Source: Alphaproteobacteria bacterium
GTDB taxonomy: Bacteria; Pseudomonadota; Alphaproteobacteria; CAAGCB01; CAG-977
Assembly (NCBI GenBank): GCA_900768185.1
Contig: CAAGCB010000004.1
Location: 102,815 to 166,814 of the forward strand
Reading direction: 5' to 3'
DNA length: 64,000 bases
Under the pieces are notes generated by a model. It made no database searches, was not told the origin of the DNA, and saw only the letters and a program-made list of their open reading frames with translations. Positions 9,074 through 18,021 of the stretch are shown here, piece by piece. Made by a program: the position numbers and the translations under genes. How positions within the stretch are numbered: position 1 is the stretch's first letter; every line of letters starts with the position of its first letter.

Positions 9074-9078
9074 CGCAT

Positions 9079-9113
9079 ACAAAAATCCTCCGCGACCGAA
9101 GCCGTGGAGGATT
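9079..9113 (-). terminator. Intrinsic terminator downstream of ppiB
   Basis: An 11-bp stem AATCCTCCGCG (9084-9094) / CGTGGAGGATT (9103-9113) with one G-U pair. On the minus strand it is followed by TTTTTG. Confidence 0.7.
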
Positions 9114-9202
9114 TATCAAGAGATTGCAGTTAAAGTCTGAAATTTAACACAACATAGTTACTATCGCATAACCCATCGTCTAAATCAAGTCAGACAAAGG
9201 TA

Positions 9203-9670
9203 TTATGCCAATTTCATCGAAATGATGCAATCCGGATCTTTAACCATGCCGTTGCCGCCCGTTCCCTTTTTGATTTTATCGACAAATTCCATACCCTTGA
9301 CGACTTTTCCCCAAACGGTGTATTGCTTATCCAGCCACGGGCAGTCGTCATAGCAAATGAAAAACTGGCTGTCGGCGCTGTGAATATCCATCGCGCGCGC
9401 CATGGAACAAGTACCGCGCACATGCGGTTCGTCGGAAAATTCAGCCCGCAACAGCATGCCGCTGCCGCCGCAACCGTCGCCGTCCGGATCGCCCGTTTGC
9501 GCCATAAAACCATCAATCACGCGATGAAACTTCAATCCGTCGTAAAATCCCTGTTTAACCAGTTCTTTAATTCTAGCGACATGTTTCGGCGCCAAATCGG
9601 GACGCATTTCTATTTCGACAACGCCGTCTTTCAATTCCAGCAAAAGTTTGTTGTTTTCCTTGTCTTTCAT
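9203..9670 (-). CDS. ppiB: Peptidyl-prolyl cis-trans isomerase, cyclophilin type
   Basis: Cyclophilin core FHRVIDGFMAQTGDP...FFICYDDCPWLDKQYTVWGKV. I prefer the ATG at 9670 (MKDKENN); the longer ORF would overlap coaD. Confidence 0.9.
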   Translation of the reverse strand: MKDKENNKLLLELKDGVVEIEMRPDLAPKHVARIKELVKQGFYDGLKFHRVIDGFMAQTGDPDGDGCGGSGMLLRAEFSDEPHVRGTCSMARAMDIHSADSQFFICYDDCPWLDKQYTVWGKVVKGMEFVDKIKKGTGGNGMVKDPDCIISMKLA

Positions 9671-9672
9671 TT

Positions 9673-10179
9673 TCAATGTTCCTTGCCATGCAAACATTTT
9701 ATCAGTTTTTCCGCAATTTCGGGGGTGACGAAAGTCGATATGTCGCCGCCCAGCTGACATATTTCCTTGACGAACACGGAAGAAACGAACTGATGTTTTT
9801 CGGACGCCATTAAAAAAACGGTTTCAATGTCTTCTTCCAAACGTCGGTTCATCACGCACATTTTAAATTCGTATTCGAAATCCGACACGGCGCGCAACCC
9901 GCGAAAAATCACTTGCGCTTTGTTTTCTTTGGCGAAATTCACCAAAAGCGTGTCAATCAGCGGTTTGACGACGATAACGCTTTTATCGCGGTACTTTTCA
10001 ACCGCCTGCTCTGTCATCGCCAGCCGGTCTTCAAGACTGAAAAGCGAATTTTTATGCTGATTGACGGCGACGCCGATAACCAGCTTGTCAACCAAGCCCG
10101 CCGCGCGTTCAACCAAATTCATGTGACCATAGGTAATCGGGTCGAACGTCCCCGGATAAACACCAATCCGCTCACGCAT
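9673..10179 (-). CDS. coaD: Pantetheine-phosphate adenylyltransferase
   Basis: [14 protein letters not shown] nucleotidyltransferase motif. Length is 168 aa. Confidence 0.92.
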   Translation of the reverse strand: MRERIGVYPGTFDPITYGHMNLVERAAGLVDKLVIGVAVNQHKNSLFSLEDRLAMTEQAVEKYRDKSVIVVKPLIDTLLVNFAKENKAQVIFRGLRAVSDFEYEFKMCVMNRRLEEDIETVFLMASEKHQFVSSVFVKEICQLGGDISTFVTPEIAEKLIKCLHGKEH

Positions 10180-12952
10180 CGGTGTTCTCCGTCATTTCTT
10201 TTGCGTCAATCGATTCCGCCGAATTTTCGCTTTCGGGCGCATCTTCGGCATTATCCGGTGTTTCAAGCGATTCCTCGTCATCGTAATCTTCGATACAAGT
10301 TGCGGAAACAACGTGTTCGGCATCGTTCAAGCGGAACATGATTACGCCCATCGTATTGCGTCCGGCGATGCGAACGTCTTTGATCGGCATGCGAATCAAC
10401 TTGCCGGCATCGGTCACAAGCATGACATGCGCCATATCGGTCACGGGGAACGAGGCGACGACACAGTCTTTGCGTTTTGTGTTGTCGATATTCGTGACGC
10501 CCTGCCCGCCGCGCCCCGTAATGCGGTATTCGTAGGCGGAAGTGCGCTTGCCGTAGCCGCTGTCGGTAACGGTCAGGATAAATTCCTCTTCTTCCTGCAT
10601 CTTTTTAAATTCATCGTCGGACAGCGTCAGCGTGGTGGACGATTCAATGTCGTCGGTTGTCGAACCGTCGTCGTTTTCATCGGAACGGCGCAAAGCTTTT
10701 GCCATTTTCAGATAGGCATACCGTTTTTCCATATCGGCTTCGGTATGGCGCAGAACGGACATTGAAATCACTTCGTCATTTGCGCCCAAGCGAATGCCGC
10801 GAACGCCCGTCGACGTGCGTCCCGAAAAAACACGAACTTCGGAAACGGGGAATCGAATGGATTTGCCCGCTTTCGCCGCCAACAAAACGTCCTGTTCGTC
10901 GGTGCAGATTTTGACATCGATCAAGGTGTCGCCTTCGTCCAGTTTCATTGCGATTTTACCGTTGGCTTTGACGTCAACGAAATCGGACAGTTTATTACGG
11001 CGGACGTTGCCTGAACGGGTCGCGAACATCACGTCCAGATTTTCGCATTCGGTTTCGTTTTCCGGCAGCTGCATAATCGTGGTAATGCGTTCGTCCTGTT
11101 TTAGCGGCAACAAATTGATCAAAGCTTTCCCCGTTGATTGCGGAGAACCGATCGGCAGGCGATAAACTTTCATTTTATAAACCAGTCCCGCGTTCGAGAA
11201 GAACAGAACCGGCGTGTGCGTGCTGGCGACAAACAGATTGGTGATGTAATCTTCTTCGTGCGTATTCATGCCCGTGCGACCTTTGCCGCCGCGTTTTTGC
11301 GCGCGATAGGCGGATAACGGAACGCGCTTGATGTAGCCCGTGTTTGTCACGGTCACGACCATGTCTTCGCGCTGAATCAGATCTTCGATATCGTGTTCGA
11401 ATTCGACTTCTTCAATCGTGGTGCGGCGCGGAGTGGCGAATTCCTCTTTCACGGCGATAAATTCGTCGCGCATAATGCCGTACAGCTTTTCACGCGAAGC
11501 CAAAATGGACAACAGTTCCTTGATCAAGGAACCCAATTCTCGCAATTCGTTGTGAATCTTGTCGCGTTCCAAGCCCGTCAAACGATGCAAACGCAAATCC
11601 AAAATCGCGTCAGCCTGCTTGTCGGACAGCATGCACATGCCGTCGACGGCTTCGTATTCGGGATCGTCGATCAAATCGATCAGCGGCACGATTTCGCGCG
11701 CGTTCCAAGACCGTTTCATCAACTCTTCTTTAGCGGCGGGACGGTTCGGCGCTTTGCGAATCAATTCAATGACGGGATCGAGGTTTTCGACAGCCAAAGC
11801 CAAACCGACCAACAAATGCGCGCGGTCACGGGCTTTGCCCAAATCAAAAATCGTTCTGCGGCGAATGACTTCTTCACGGAAAGAAATGAACGCGGCAATC
11901 ATTTCGCGCAGGTTCATCAGTTGCGGACGACCGGCGTTCAGCGCAATCATATTCGCGCCGAAACTGGTCTGCAACGCCGTATAGCGGAACAGTTGGTTCA
12001 AAATGATTTCGGGGTGGAAATCGCGTTTGACTTCAATCACGACGCGAATTCCCTGACGATCCGTTTCGTCGCGGACGTCGGCGATGCCTTCGATCACCTT
12101 GTCGCGCACCAGTTCCGCGATGCGGGAAATCGTGGCGGCTTTGTTCACCTGATAAGGAATTTCCGTCACGATGATCGCCCAGCGGTCTTTGCGGATTTCC
12201 TCGATGTGCGTTTTGGCGCGCATCACGATGGATCCCCTGCCCGTCAGTTCGGTCGAACGCGATCCGGATCGCCCTAAAATCAAGCCGCCCGTCGGAAAAT
12301 CGGGTCCCGGAACAATGGACAGCAGTTCTTCGTCCGTAACGTCGGGATTGTCAACCATGGCAATCGCGGCATCAATGACTTCGCCGGGATTGTGGGGCGG
12401 AATGTTTGTCGCCATGCCGACGGCGATGCCCCCCGCTCCGTTAACAAGAATATTCGGAAAACGCGCGGGCAAAACGACCGGTTCCCGTACCGTTTCGTCA
12501 TAGTTCGGCATAAAGTTGACGGTATCTTTGTCAATATCGTCCAACAGATTGTGCGATGCCGGAGCCAAACGCGCTTCGGTGTAACGCATGGCGGCGGGAG
12601 GATCGCCGTCAATGGAACCGAAATTCCCCTGCGACGAAATCAGCGGAACGCTCATGGAAAAATCCTGCGCCATACGCACCATGGCGTCGTAAATCGCCGC
12701 GTCGCCGTGGGGGTGGTATTTCCCCATCACGTCACCGACGATGCGGGCGGATTTTCTGAACGGTTTGTTATAATCGTAACCGCTTTCGTGCATCGCGTAC
12801 AAGATGCGGCGATGCACGGGTTTCAGCCCGTCGCGAACATCGGGCAAGGCGCGCGACACGATAACGCTCATCGCATAGTCCAGATAGGACCGTCTCATTT
12901 CTTCTTCGATACCGACAACGACGGTAGAAGAATCGTTCACAGTATTTTCCAC
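10172..12952 (-). CDS. gyrA: DNA gyrase subunit A
   Basis: [26 protein letters not shown] and the catalytic Tyr context [10 protein letters not shown]. It has a beta-pinwheel C-terminal domain and an acidic tail. It overlaps coaD by 8 nt. Confidence 0.97.
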   Translation of the reverse strand: MENTVNDSSTVVVGIEEEMRRSYLDYAMSVIVSRALPDVRDGLKPVHRRILYAMHESGYDYNKPFRKSARIVGDVMGKYHPHGDAAIYDAMVRMAQDFSMSVPLISSQGNFGSIDGDPPAAMRYTEARLAPASHNLLDDIDKDTVNFMPNYDETVREPVVLPARFPNILVNGAGGIAVGMATNIPPHNPGEVIDAAIAMVDNPDVTDEELLSIVPGPDFPTGGLILGRSGSRSTELTGRGSIVMRAKTHIEEIRKDRWAIIVTEIPYQVNKAATISRIAELVRDKVIEGIADVRDETDRQGIRVVIEVKRDFHPEIILNQLFRYTALQTSFGANMIALNAGRPQLMNLREMIAAFISFREEVIRRRTIFDLGKARDRAHLLVGLALAVENLDPVIELIRKAPNRPAAKEELMKRSWNAREIVPLIDLIDDPEYEAVDGMCMLSDKQADAILDLRLHRLTGLERDKIHNELRELGSLIKELLSILASREKLYGIMRDEFIAVKEEFATPRRTTIEEVEFEHDIEDLIQREDMVVTVTNTGYIKRVPLSAYRAQKRGGKGRTGMNTHEEDYITNLFVASTHTPVLFFSNAGLVYKMKVYRLPIGSPQSTGKALINLLPLKQDERITTIMQLPENETECENLDVMFATRSGNVRRNKLSDFVDVKANGKIAMKLDEGDTLIDVKICTDEQDVLLAAKAGKSIRFPVSEVRVFSGRTSTGVRGIRLGANDEVISMSVLRHTEADMEKRYAYLKMAKALRRSDENDDGSTTDDIESSTTLTLSDDEFKKMQEEEEFILTVTDSGYGKRTSAYEYRITGRGGQGVTNIDNTKRKDCVVASFPVTDMAHVMLVTDAGKLIRMPIKDVRIAGRNTMGVIMFRLNDAEHVVSATCIEDYDDEESLETPDNAEDAPESENSAESIDAKEMTENTDA

Positions 12953-12999
12953 AGCGTCAATCCTGTTTAAATTGAAGGAAAGTTTTTAAAATCAGCCGA

Positions 13000-13476
13000 T
13001 CAGAACGGAATTTCGTCGTCAAAACCGCCGTTATCGGCAGGTTTCGTATCCCAACCGGACGAAGCGGACGGCGCGTCAAAGCCCGCGGAAGCTCCGCCGA
13101 AAGAGGAATCGGACGAAGAACCGCCGCGGCTGTCCAACAAGGTCATTTCACCGCTGTAATTTCCCAAAACGACTTCGGTCGTGTATTTTTCGACGCCGTT
13201 TCCGTCAGTGTATTTGCGGGTTTGAAGCGATCCTTCGACATACAGTTTCGTCCCCTTTTTCACATAGCGTTCGGCAATTCCCGCCAATCCGGCGTTAAAG
13301 ATGACGACGCGGTGCCATTCCGTTTTTTCTTTGCGTTCCCCGCTGTTTTTATCTTTCCATGTGTCGGACGTGGCGATCGTCAGGTTGACGATTTTTCTGC
13401 CGTCCGCCGATTGACGGATTTCGGGGTCTTTGCCGACGTTGCCGATTAAGATGACCTTGTTAACGCTTCCAGCCAT
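13000..13476 (-). CDS. ssb: Single-stranded DNA-binding protein
   Basis: OB-fold N-terminus ([15 protein letters not shown]), a Gly/Ser-rich linker and the acidic tip DDEIPF. Confidence 0.95.
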   Translation of the reverse strand: MAGSVNKVILIGNVGKDPEIRQSADGRKIVNLTIATSDTWKDKNSGERKEKTEWHRVVIFNAGLAGIAERYVKKGTKLYVEGSLQTRKYTDGNGVEKYTTEVVLGNYSGEMTLLDSRGGSSSDSSFGGASAGFDAPSASSGWDTKPADNGGFDDEIPF

Positions 13477-13772
13477 AATGATATCCTATTCTATTAAGAG
13501 GGTCGAAAAGTTATCCCTTTTTACACCGATTGCCCGCGAAAGGAAAGCTTTTCTTTTCACACCGCCTGCCAAAAAGCATTTTTTTATGTTTTTCAACATG
13601 ATTTAAGCTGTTTTGAAATGCTTGCTTTACCATGTTAAAGTGGGATAAGCGCTTTCGGCGGCGACTGTTCCCTCTTGTCATATAAACAAAGTCAATTTTA
13701 CCTTGACTTTTCGGCGGCGAAGATTTTTTATACACCCTCAGTTAGGTTTAAAGCTTTCAGAAAGGAAAAATA

Positions 13773-15854
13773 ATGTCTTTAAGCACATTCTTTAACCCCC
13801 GTTCCGTCGCCGTAGTCGGTGTTTCCGCCGATGAATCGAAGCTGGGCGCGGTCGTTTTCAAAAACTTGATCGAAGCCGGATTTGAAGGAACGCTGTACGG
13901 TGTCAACCCGAAACTGGCGGGACAGGAATTGAAAGGCAAAAAATGTTTTGCTTCCGTCCGCGACATTCCCGAACCCGTCGATCTGGTCGTCTTGCTGGTT
14001 CCCGCGCGTTTCTGCGAAGCCGCCGTTGACGACGCGATCGCGAACGGCGCGAAGAATGTCAGCATCATCACCGCGGGTTTCGGCGAAGCGGGACACAAGG
14101 ATTTGGAAATGAGCATCGCCAAAAAATGTTTGGACGCGGGCATCAACCTGCTGGGACCGAACTGCTTGGGACATATTTCCACGTTTGACAAACTGAACGC
14201 CAGCTTTGCGCCGTGCTTCCCCCTGCAGGGTAACGTCGCCTTTATTTCGCAGTCGGGCGCGTACTGCTCGGCGATTTTGGACTGGGCGGAAGAAAAAGGC
14301 ATCGGTTTTTCGCACTTCATTTCCATCGGCAACAAAGCCGACTTGAACGAAGCGTCCCTGCTGGAAGCCATTCAGCACGACGAAAACACAAAAGCGTTCG
14401 TTTTCTATCTGGAAGGATTGAAAAAGGGTCAGGAATTCCTGCGCGTTTTGAAAGAAGTCAGCAAAACGAAACCCTGCGTCATCATGGAACCGGGCAAATC
14501 CTCCAAAGCGCAGGCGGCGAGCTTGTCCCACACGGGGTCGTTGGCTCCGAACTATCGCGTTTTGGAAATCGCTTTGCAGCGCAGCGGCGCGATTCAGGTC
14601 TATACGACGCGTGAACTGTTCGGCGCGCTGGAATTGTTGCAGCACGTCAACCACACGGACTTTTCGGGTTCCGTCGGCATTCTGACGAACGCGGGCGGCG
14701 TCGGTGTTCTGTCTTCCGACCTGTGCGAAGAAGCGCATTTGGATTTGGCGCGTCCGTCCGAAGCCACGATTGAAAAACTGCGCGCGGTTCTGACGGCGGA
14801 AGCGTCCGTCGGCAATCCGATTGACGTTGTCGGCGACGCAAAAGCCGACCGTTATGAAAACGCTCTGCGCGTTTTGTGCGAATCCGGCGAATACAAGAAC
14901 ATCATCGTTCTGTTGACCCCGCAGATGTCCACGGAACCCACGGAAACCGCCGAAGCCGTCGTCAAATTGGCGAAAGAATACAAAAACGTCAACATCTTCT
15001 GTTCGTTCATCGGCGGTCAGCGCGTCCGCGAAGCCGTCAACCTGCTGAAAGCGGCGAACGTCTTGGCGTACGACTACCCGACGGACTGCATCCGTTTGCT
15101 GGGATTGATGAAAGCGCAGATGGCGTTCAAGGGCATGCCCGAAGTCAAAGCCGAATTGCGCGAAGTCCCCGCCGAAATCCGCGAAGACGTCAAAAAAGCG
15201 GTCGCCGACGGTCTGGCCTCCCTGCCCCAGTCCACGATGAACAAAATCATGGACCATTACGGCATCGACTATCCGAAATGCGGCAACTTCACCGACAAAG
15301 CGGAAGCTCTGGCTTTCTGCAAAAAGCTGTTCCCCGCTCCCGTCGTGTTGAAACTGTCCGCTCCGGACGCTTTGCATAAAACGGAAATGAAGGGTATTTA
15401 CCTGAACATTGACGACGAAGCGAAGTTCAACGCCGCGTTTGACGAACTGACTGCGACGATTGCCAAATTCCAGCTGAAGAACGCCAGCGTTCTGATTCAG
15501 GAAATGATTGTCAAAGCCACCGAAACGATTATCGGCGTGAATTCCGACAAAAACTTCGGTCGCGTGATGATTTTCGGCACGGGCGGCATCTATACGGAAG
15601 TTATGCGCGACACCACGATGCGCATTTTGCCCGCGAACGACTTTGACGCGATGATCAAAGAAACCAAAGTCGGCACGATTTTGAACGGCGTCCGCGGCGA
15701 AGAACCCAAAGCGGTAGGACCTTTGGCGGAAACGCTGAAGAAAGTTCAGGAATTGGTTTTGGAAATCCCCGAAATCAAATCCATCGACGGCAACCCCGTT
15801 TTGGTCACCAAAGACCGCGCGGTTGTCGTGGACTTCAAGATGTTGCTGAAATAA
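13773..15854 (+). CDS. Acetate--CoA ligase (ADP-forming), fused alpha/beta (ACD family)
   Basis: N-terminal CoA-binding fold (NPRSVAVVGVS), a succinyl-CoA-synthetase-like ligase domain (ITAGFGE, NCLG) and a C-terminal ATP-grasp half. Length is 693 aa. Confidence 0.8.
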   Translation: MSLSTFFNPRSVAVVGVSADESKLGAVVFKNLIEAGFEGTLYGVNPKLAGQELKGKKCFASVRDIPEPVDLVVLLVPARFCEAAVDDAIANGAKNVSIITAGFGEAGHKDLEMSIAKKCLDAGINLLGPNCLGHISTFDKLNASFAPCFPLQGNVAFISQSGAYCSAILDWAEEKGIGFSHFISIGNKADLNEASLLEAIQHDENTKAFVFYLEGLKKGQEFLRVLKEVSKTKPCVIMEPGKSSKAQAASLSHTGSLAPNYRVLEIALQRSGAIQVYTTRELFGALELLQHVNHTDFSGSVGILTNAGGVGVLSSDLCEEAHLDLARPSEATIEKLRAVLTAEASVGNPIDVVGDAKADRYENALRVLCESGEYKNIIVLLTPQMSTEPTETAEAVVKLAKEYKNVNIFCSFIGGQRVREAVNLLKAANVLAYDYPTDCIRLLGLMKAQMAFKGMPEVKAELREVPAEIREDVKKAVADGLASLPQSTMNKIMDHYGIDYPKCGNFTDKAEALAFCKKLFPAPVVLKLSAPDALHKTEMKGIYLNIDDEAKFNAAFDELTATIAKFQLKNASVLIQEMIVKATETIIGVNSDKNFGRVMIFGTGGIYTEVMRDTTMRILPANDFDAMIKETKVGTILNGVRGEEPKAVGPLAETLKKVQELVLEIPEIKSIDGNPVLVTKDRAVVVDFKMLLK

Positions 15855-15871
15855 TCAGCACAAACGATTGC

Positions 15872-15907
15872 AAAAGAGCCGCTCAACCGAGCGGCTCTTT
15901 TTTTTTG
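15872..15907 (+). terminator. Strong intrinsic terminator after the ACD gene
   Basis: Stem AAAAGAGCCGCTC / GAGCGGCTCTTTT with loop AACC, followed by a T-run to 15907. Confidence 0.85.
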
Positions 15908-15985
15908 CAGAAGCTGAATTATCCAAAAATTCAGTTGTCGCAAAATTTGCGACAACCGCCGCCGACGGCAAAACCAGACGCAGGT

Positions 15986-16108
15986 TCCGTTTTTCATCAT
16001 CAAGCTGTCGAAAAAGCGACGAGCGAGTATAAAAAATATCAAGCAAAAACGCTCAGTTCCGTTGAACGCGATTTCCTGTCCGCTTTAAAAGCGTTACCGA
16101 AAAAATAA
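15986..16108 (+). pseudogene. 3' remnant resembling the C-terminus of RhuM-family proteins
   Basis: The translation ...SVFHHQAVEKATSEYKKYQAKTLSSVERDFLSALKALPKK* matches my memory of RhuM C-termini (..A.EKA..EY.KY......E.DF......L.K). There is no ATG and no N-terminal domain; only about 40 codons remain. This is recognition from memory and was not aligned. Confidence 0.4.
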
Positions 16109-16121
16109 ATACTGCCTAATA

Positions 16122-16147
16122 CAAAAGAGCCGCTTAAAAGCGGATCT
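16122..16147 (-). terminator. Hairpin downstream of the zinc-ribbon/DUF805 gene
   Basis: Stem AGAGCCGC / GCGGATCT with one mismatch. It shares the 13-mer CAAAAGAGCCGCT with the terminator at 15871-15883. Confidence 0.4.
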
Positions 16148-16154
16148 TTCTGTA

Positions 16155-16904
16155 TTAATTATTTGATAATTTTGTTATAATAGCAGTCATAATTGCCGCT
16201 GCAATTATAAGTAACGCACATCCGTCTTTAATCGAAAATACTTCTGCATCCGCCTGTTTTTCAGCGTCTTCCAGATTTTCTTTATTTTCGTTCTTTTCAT
16301 CAATAAACTCATCTTCTTCCTGTCTAAATTTTTCTCCCGGGAGAAACATAACATAGGCTGTGTAGAAAATAAAAACAATAATTCCGATCAATTTTATTCC
16401 ATCTTCATCTCCATCCATTAAGATACCGCAAGTTGGCGGAATCAGCATTACCCAAAGAGAAACGCCTAAGTCTTTCAATCTTTTTACATACGAAGCGCAT
16501 AACAACCAAACAAAGGCAATAAACCATGGAATTACAATTATTTCAGATAACAGCTTGGAAATTCCGTAAAGAAAAACAGGAATTCCAGATGAAAGATAAA
16601 TAATCAAACGCGCATAAAAAAATTCCAATCTGGAATATGTTCCATTGAATAAAAAATATTCTTTAATGTCTTTTGAAAAGAATTTTTTGCACATTTTCTG
16701 AAAACTGACGTGTCCGTCAACGCAGTTTGAATAATCGTCATTTTCAGAATAAACAGAATTTTCAACACAATATTCTGTATTTTCTTCATTTGAAACAGCT
16801 TTGGCGATATCCTCTTCGTCATCTATAAAATTGACAGGATTTCCGCAATACATACAGAATTTTGCATTGTTTTGAATCCGCTTCCCGCAGTTTGAACAAA
16901 ACAC
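16155..16904 (-). CDS. Zinc-ribbon + DUF805-like polytopic membrane protein
   Basis: N-terminal CxxC..CxxC (FCSNCGK...FCMYCGN), then an acidic linker. DUF805-like signatures follow (FNGTYSRLEFFYARL and VKRLKDLGVSLWVML), with several hydrophobic helices. The start is GTG at 16904 behind AGAGGA. GC content is very low. Confidence 0.7.
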   Translation of the reverse strand: MFCSNCGKRIQNNAKFCMYCGNPVNFIDDEEDIAKAVSNEENTEYCVENSVYSENDDYSNCVDGHVSFQKMCKKFFSKDIKEYFLFNGTYSRLEFFYARLIIYLSSGIPVFLYGISKLLSEIIVIPWFIAFVWLLCASYVKRLKDLGVSLWVMLIPPTCGILMDGDEDGIKLIGIIVFIFYTAYVMFLPGEKFRQEEDEFIDEKNENKENLEDAEKQADAEVFSIKDGCALLIIAAAIMTAIITKLSNN

Positions 16905-16905
16905 C

Positions 16906-17499
16906 TTATTTATCCTCTTTATTGCTTATCAGTTTAATTTCTTCATTTTTGGGCAGAGCTTTCTTCTCTTTTTCATCGGGCGTCATTGCCGCACATAGTG
17001 TAGTTGCCGCTGTTATCGCTTGCGAAGCGGTTATTCCGGCCTGCATTCCCCCGCCCAAAGCCGCCAAGCCGCTGGTCGTCGCCGCCGCTCCTGCCGTTCC
17101 CGTTGCAGACAGCGCAGATGTCAACCCGGAAGCCGCCACATTCCCAATGGCAAACCCCACAGCGGCTTTGCCAATAACTTTTCCGTATTTTTCGGCTGCA
17201 GTTATTGTTTCGGGTGAAGCATCGCACAATTCGCATACTTTTTTTGTCACCCCACCCGTTATATCGCCCGCTAAGTTAACACCACCATCAATCACATCTT
17301 CCGCAAAATTAGATACAGGAACAGAAACATCATTTATCGCATCAGATATCTGATTACTGAATTTTTGAAGAGATTTTTTATTCTCCGGATTGTCTATGAA
17401 GTCCGCGGTTACATAACACACAGCTTTTTGTGCCGCATCAACAGTGATACAGGACAATTTGATAAGATTTTTTGTTAATTTTCCGAACGTAAACGCCAT
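16906..17499 (-). CDS. Hypothetical protein with a ~60-aa Gly/Ala/Thr-rich glycine-zipper-like hydrophobic segment
   Basis: ATG at 17499. The zipper segment is GKAAVGFAIGNVAASGLTSALSATGTAGAAATTSGLAALGGGMQAGITASQAITAATT, followed by a Lys/Glu tail. There is no signal peptide. Its stop codon lies 1 nt from the next gene's GTG start. Confidence 0.6.
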   Translation of the reverse strand: MAFTFGKLTKNLIKLSCITVDAAQKAVCYVTADFIDNPENKKSLQKFSNQISDAINDVSVPVSNFAEDVIDGGVNLAGDITGGVTKKVCELCDASPETITAAEKYGKVIGKAAVGFAIGNVAASGLTSALSATGTAGAAATTSGLAALGGGMQAGITASQAITAATTLCAAMTPDEKEKKALPKNEEIKLISNKEDK

Positions 17500-17512
17500 A
17501 ACATACCCCTTT

Positions 17513-17543
17513 GCAAAAAAAAGACCGCCTTTTAAAAGCGGCG
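17513..17543 (-). terminator. Hairpin + T8 on the minus strand directly upstream of the 16906-17499 gene
   Basis: Stem CCGC (17525-28) / GCGG (17538-41) plus flanking A-T pairs. On the minus strand it is followed by T8 (17522-17515). The stem is short, so confidence is moderate. Confidence 0.45.
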
Positions 17544-18021
17544 CGGGGAGTTCGAAAAATCAACTGTTGCGGTGATCCTTTTGACCTTTAAAGCATACAG
17601 GGTACGCTTCTGAACATACGCCAAAAGCTCCCCGAACCCATAAGGAAATCGGGGATACAGTTCCGTTTTGCGAATACGCGAAACGGTTTCGATGCCATAT
17701 CATAGCACCGGCAACAGTCAGAGCTTTTCGACGGCTCCGCGCCTCTTTTTCAGGCACTGGCGCGCAAACGTTCATTTGCACGCGTATAATCAGGATACGT
17801 TTTTATCCGCTCAAATAGCAAGAAGTTTTTTATCACTTCGGCGACACGGCGATCCGGAACAGCCGCCGTCTTTCACCGGCATCGCTTTACCGCGGCGTTG
17901 ATAACGGCATACGCGCCGCAAAAGTAATCCGTTGTTCCTTGTCGATACGGTTTTATTTTTCACCTGTAAATTTGTTTTAAAATATTGTATTTTCTTTTTA
18001 TCGTTTTGAAAGGAAATCGGC

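Noticed and set aside
8443-9078. Replication origin hypothesis for the AT-rich gap with TTATCC motifs (6/9 matches to the DnaA box TTATCCACA).
   Set aside because: Genes converge on this gap rather than diverge from it. The gap contains a dif site, and GGGNAGGG motifs point toward it from both sides; all three are terminus signatures. TTATCC alone is expected about 30 times in 64 kb. I found no CtrA-type TTAA-N7-TTAAC sites.
8443-9078. A known structured RNA (tmRNA, RNase P RNA, SRP/4.5S RNA, 6S RNA) in the 8.4-9.1 kb gap or in 17500-18021.
   Set aside because: I could not find the conserved cores on either strand: GGAAAGTCCGG for RNase P, GGAAG.AGCAGCC for SRP, a TTCGA T-arm plus CCA acceptor end for tmRNA. 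Covariance models could still overturn this.
13779-15377. A 532-aa - strand ORF opposite the ACD gene. Similar long antisense ORFs lie at 3048-3965, 11393-12277, 20281-21258, 24657-25658, 27687-28676, 46959-47903 and 61616-62377.
   Set aside because: Each is fully embedded antisense in a gene with strong family motifs on the other strand. All share the same Arg/Phe/Gly/Val-rich low-complexity composition. None has recognisable domains.
17541-17560. GCGCGGGGAGTTCGAAAAATC as a tRNA fragment marking an integration site of the islet.
   Set aside because: Only a partial T-loop-like GTTCGAA is present. It has no complementary T-stem and no acceptor 3' strand. A true att remnant would retain the 3' end of the tRNA.
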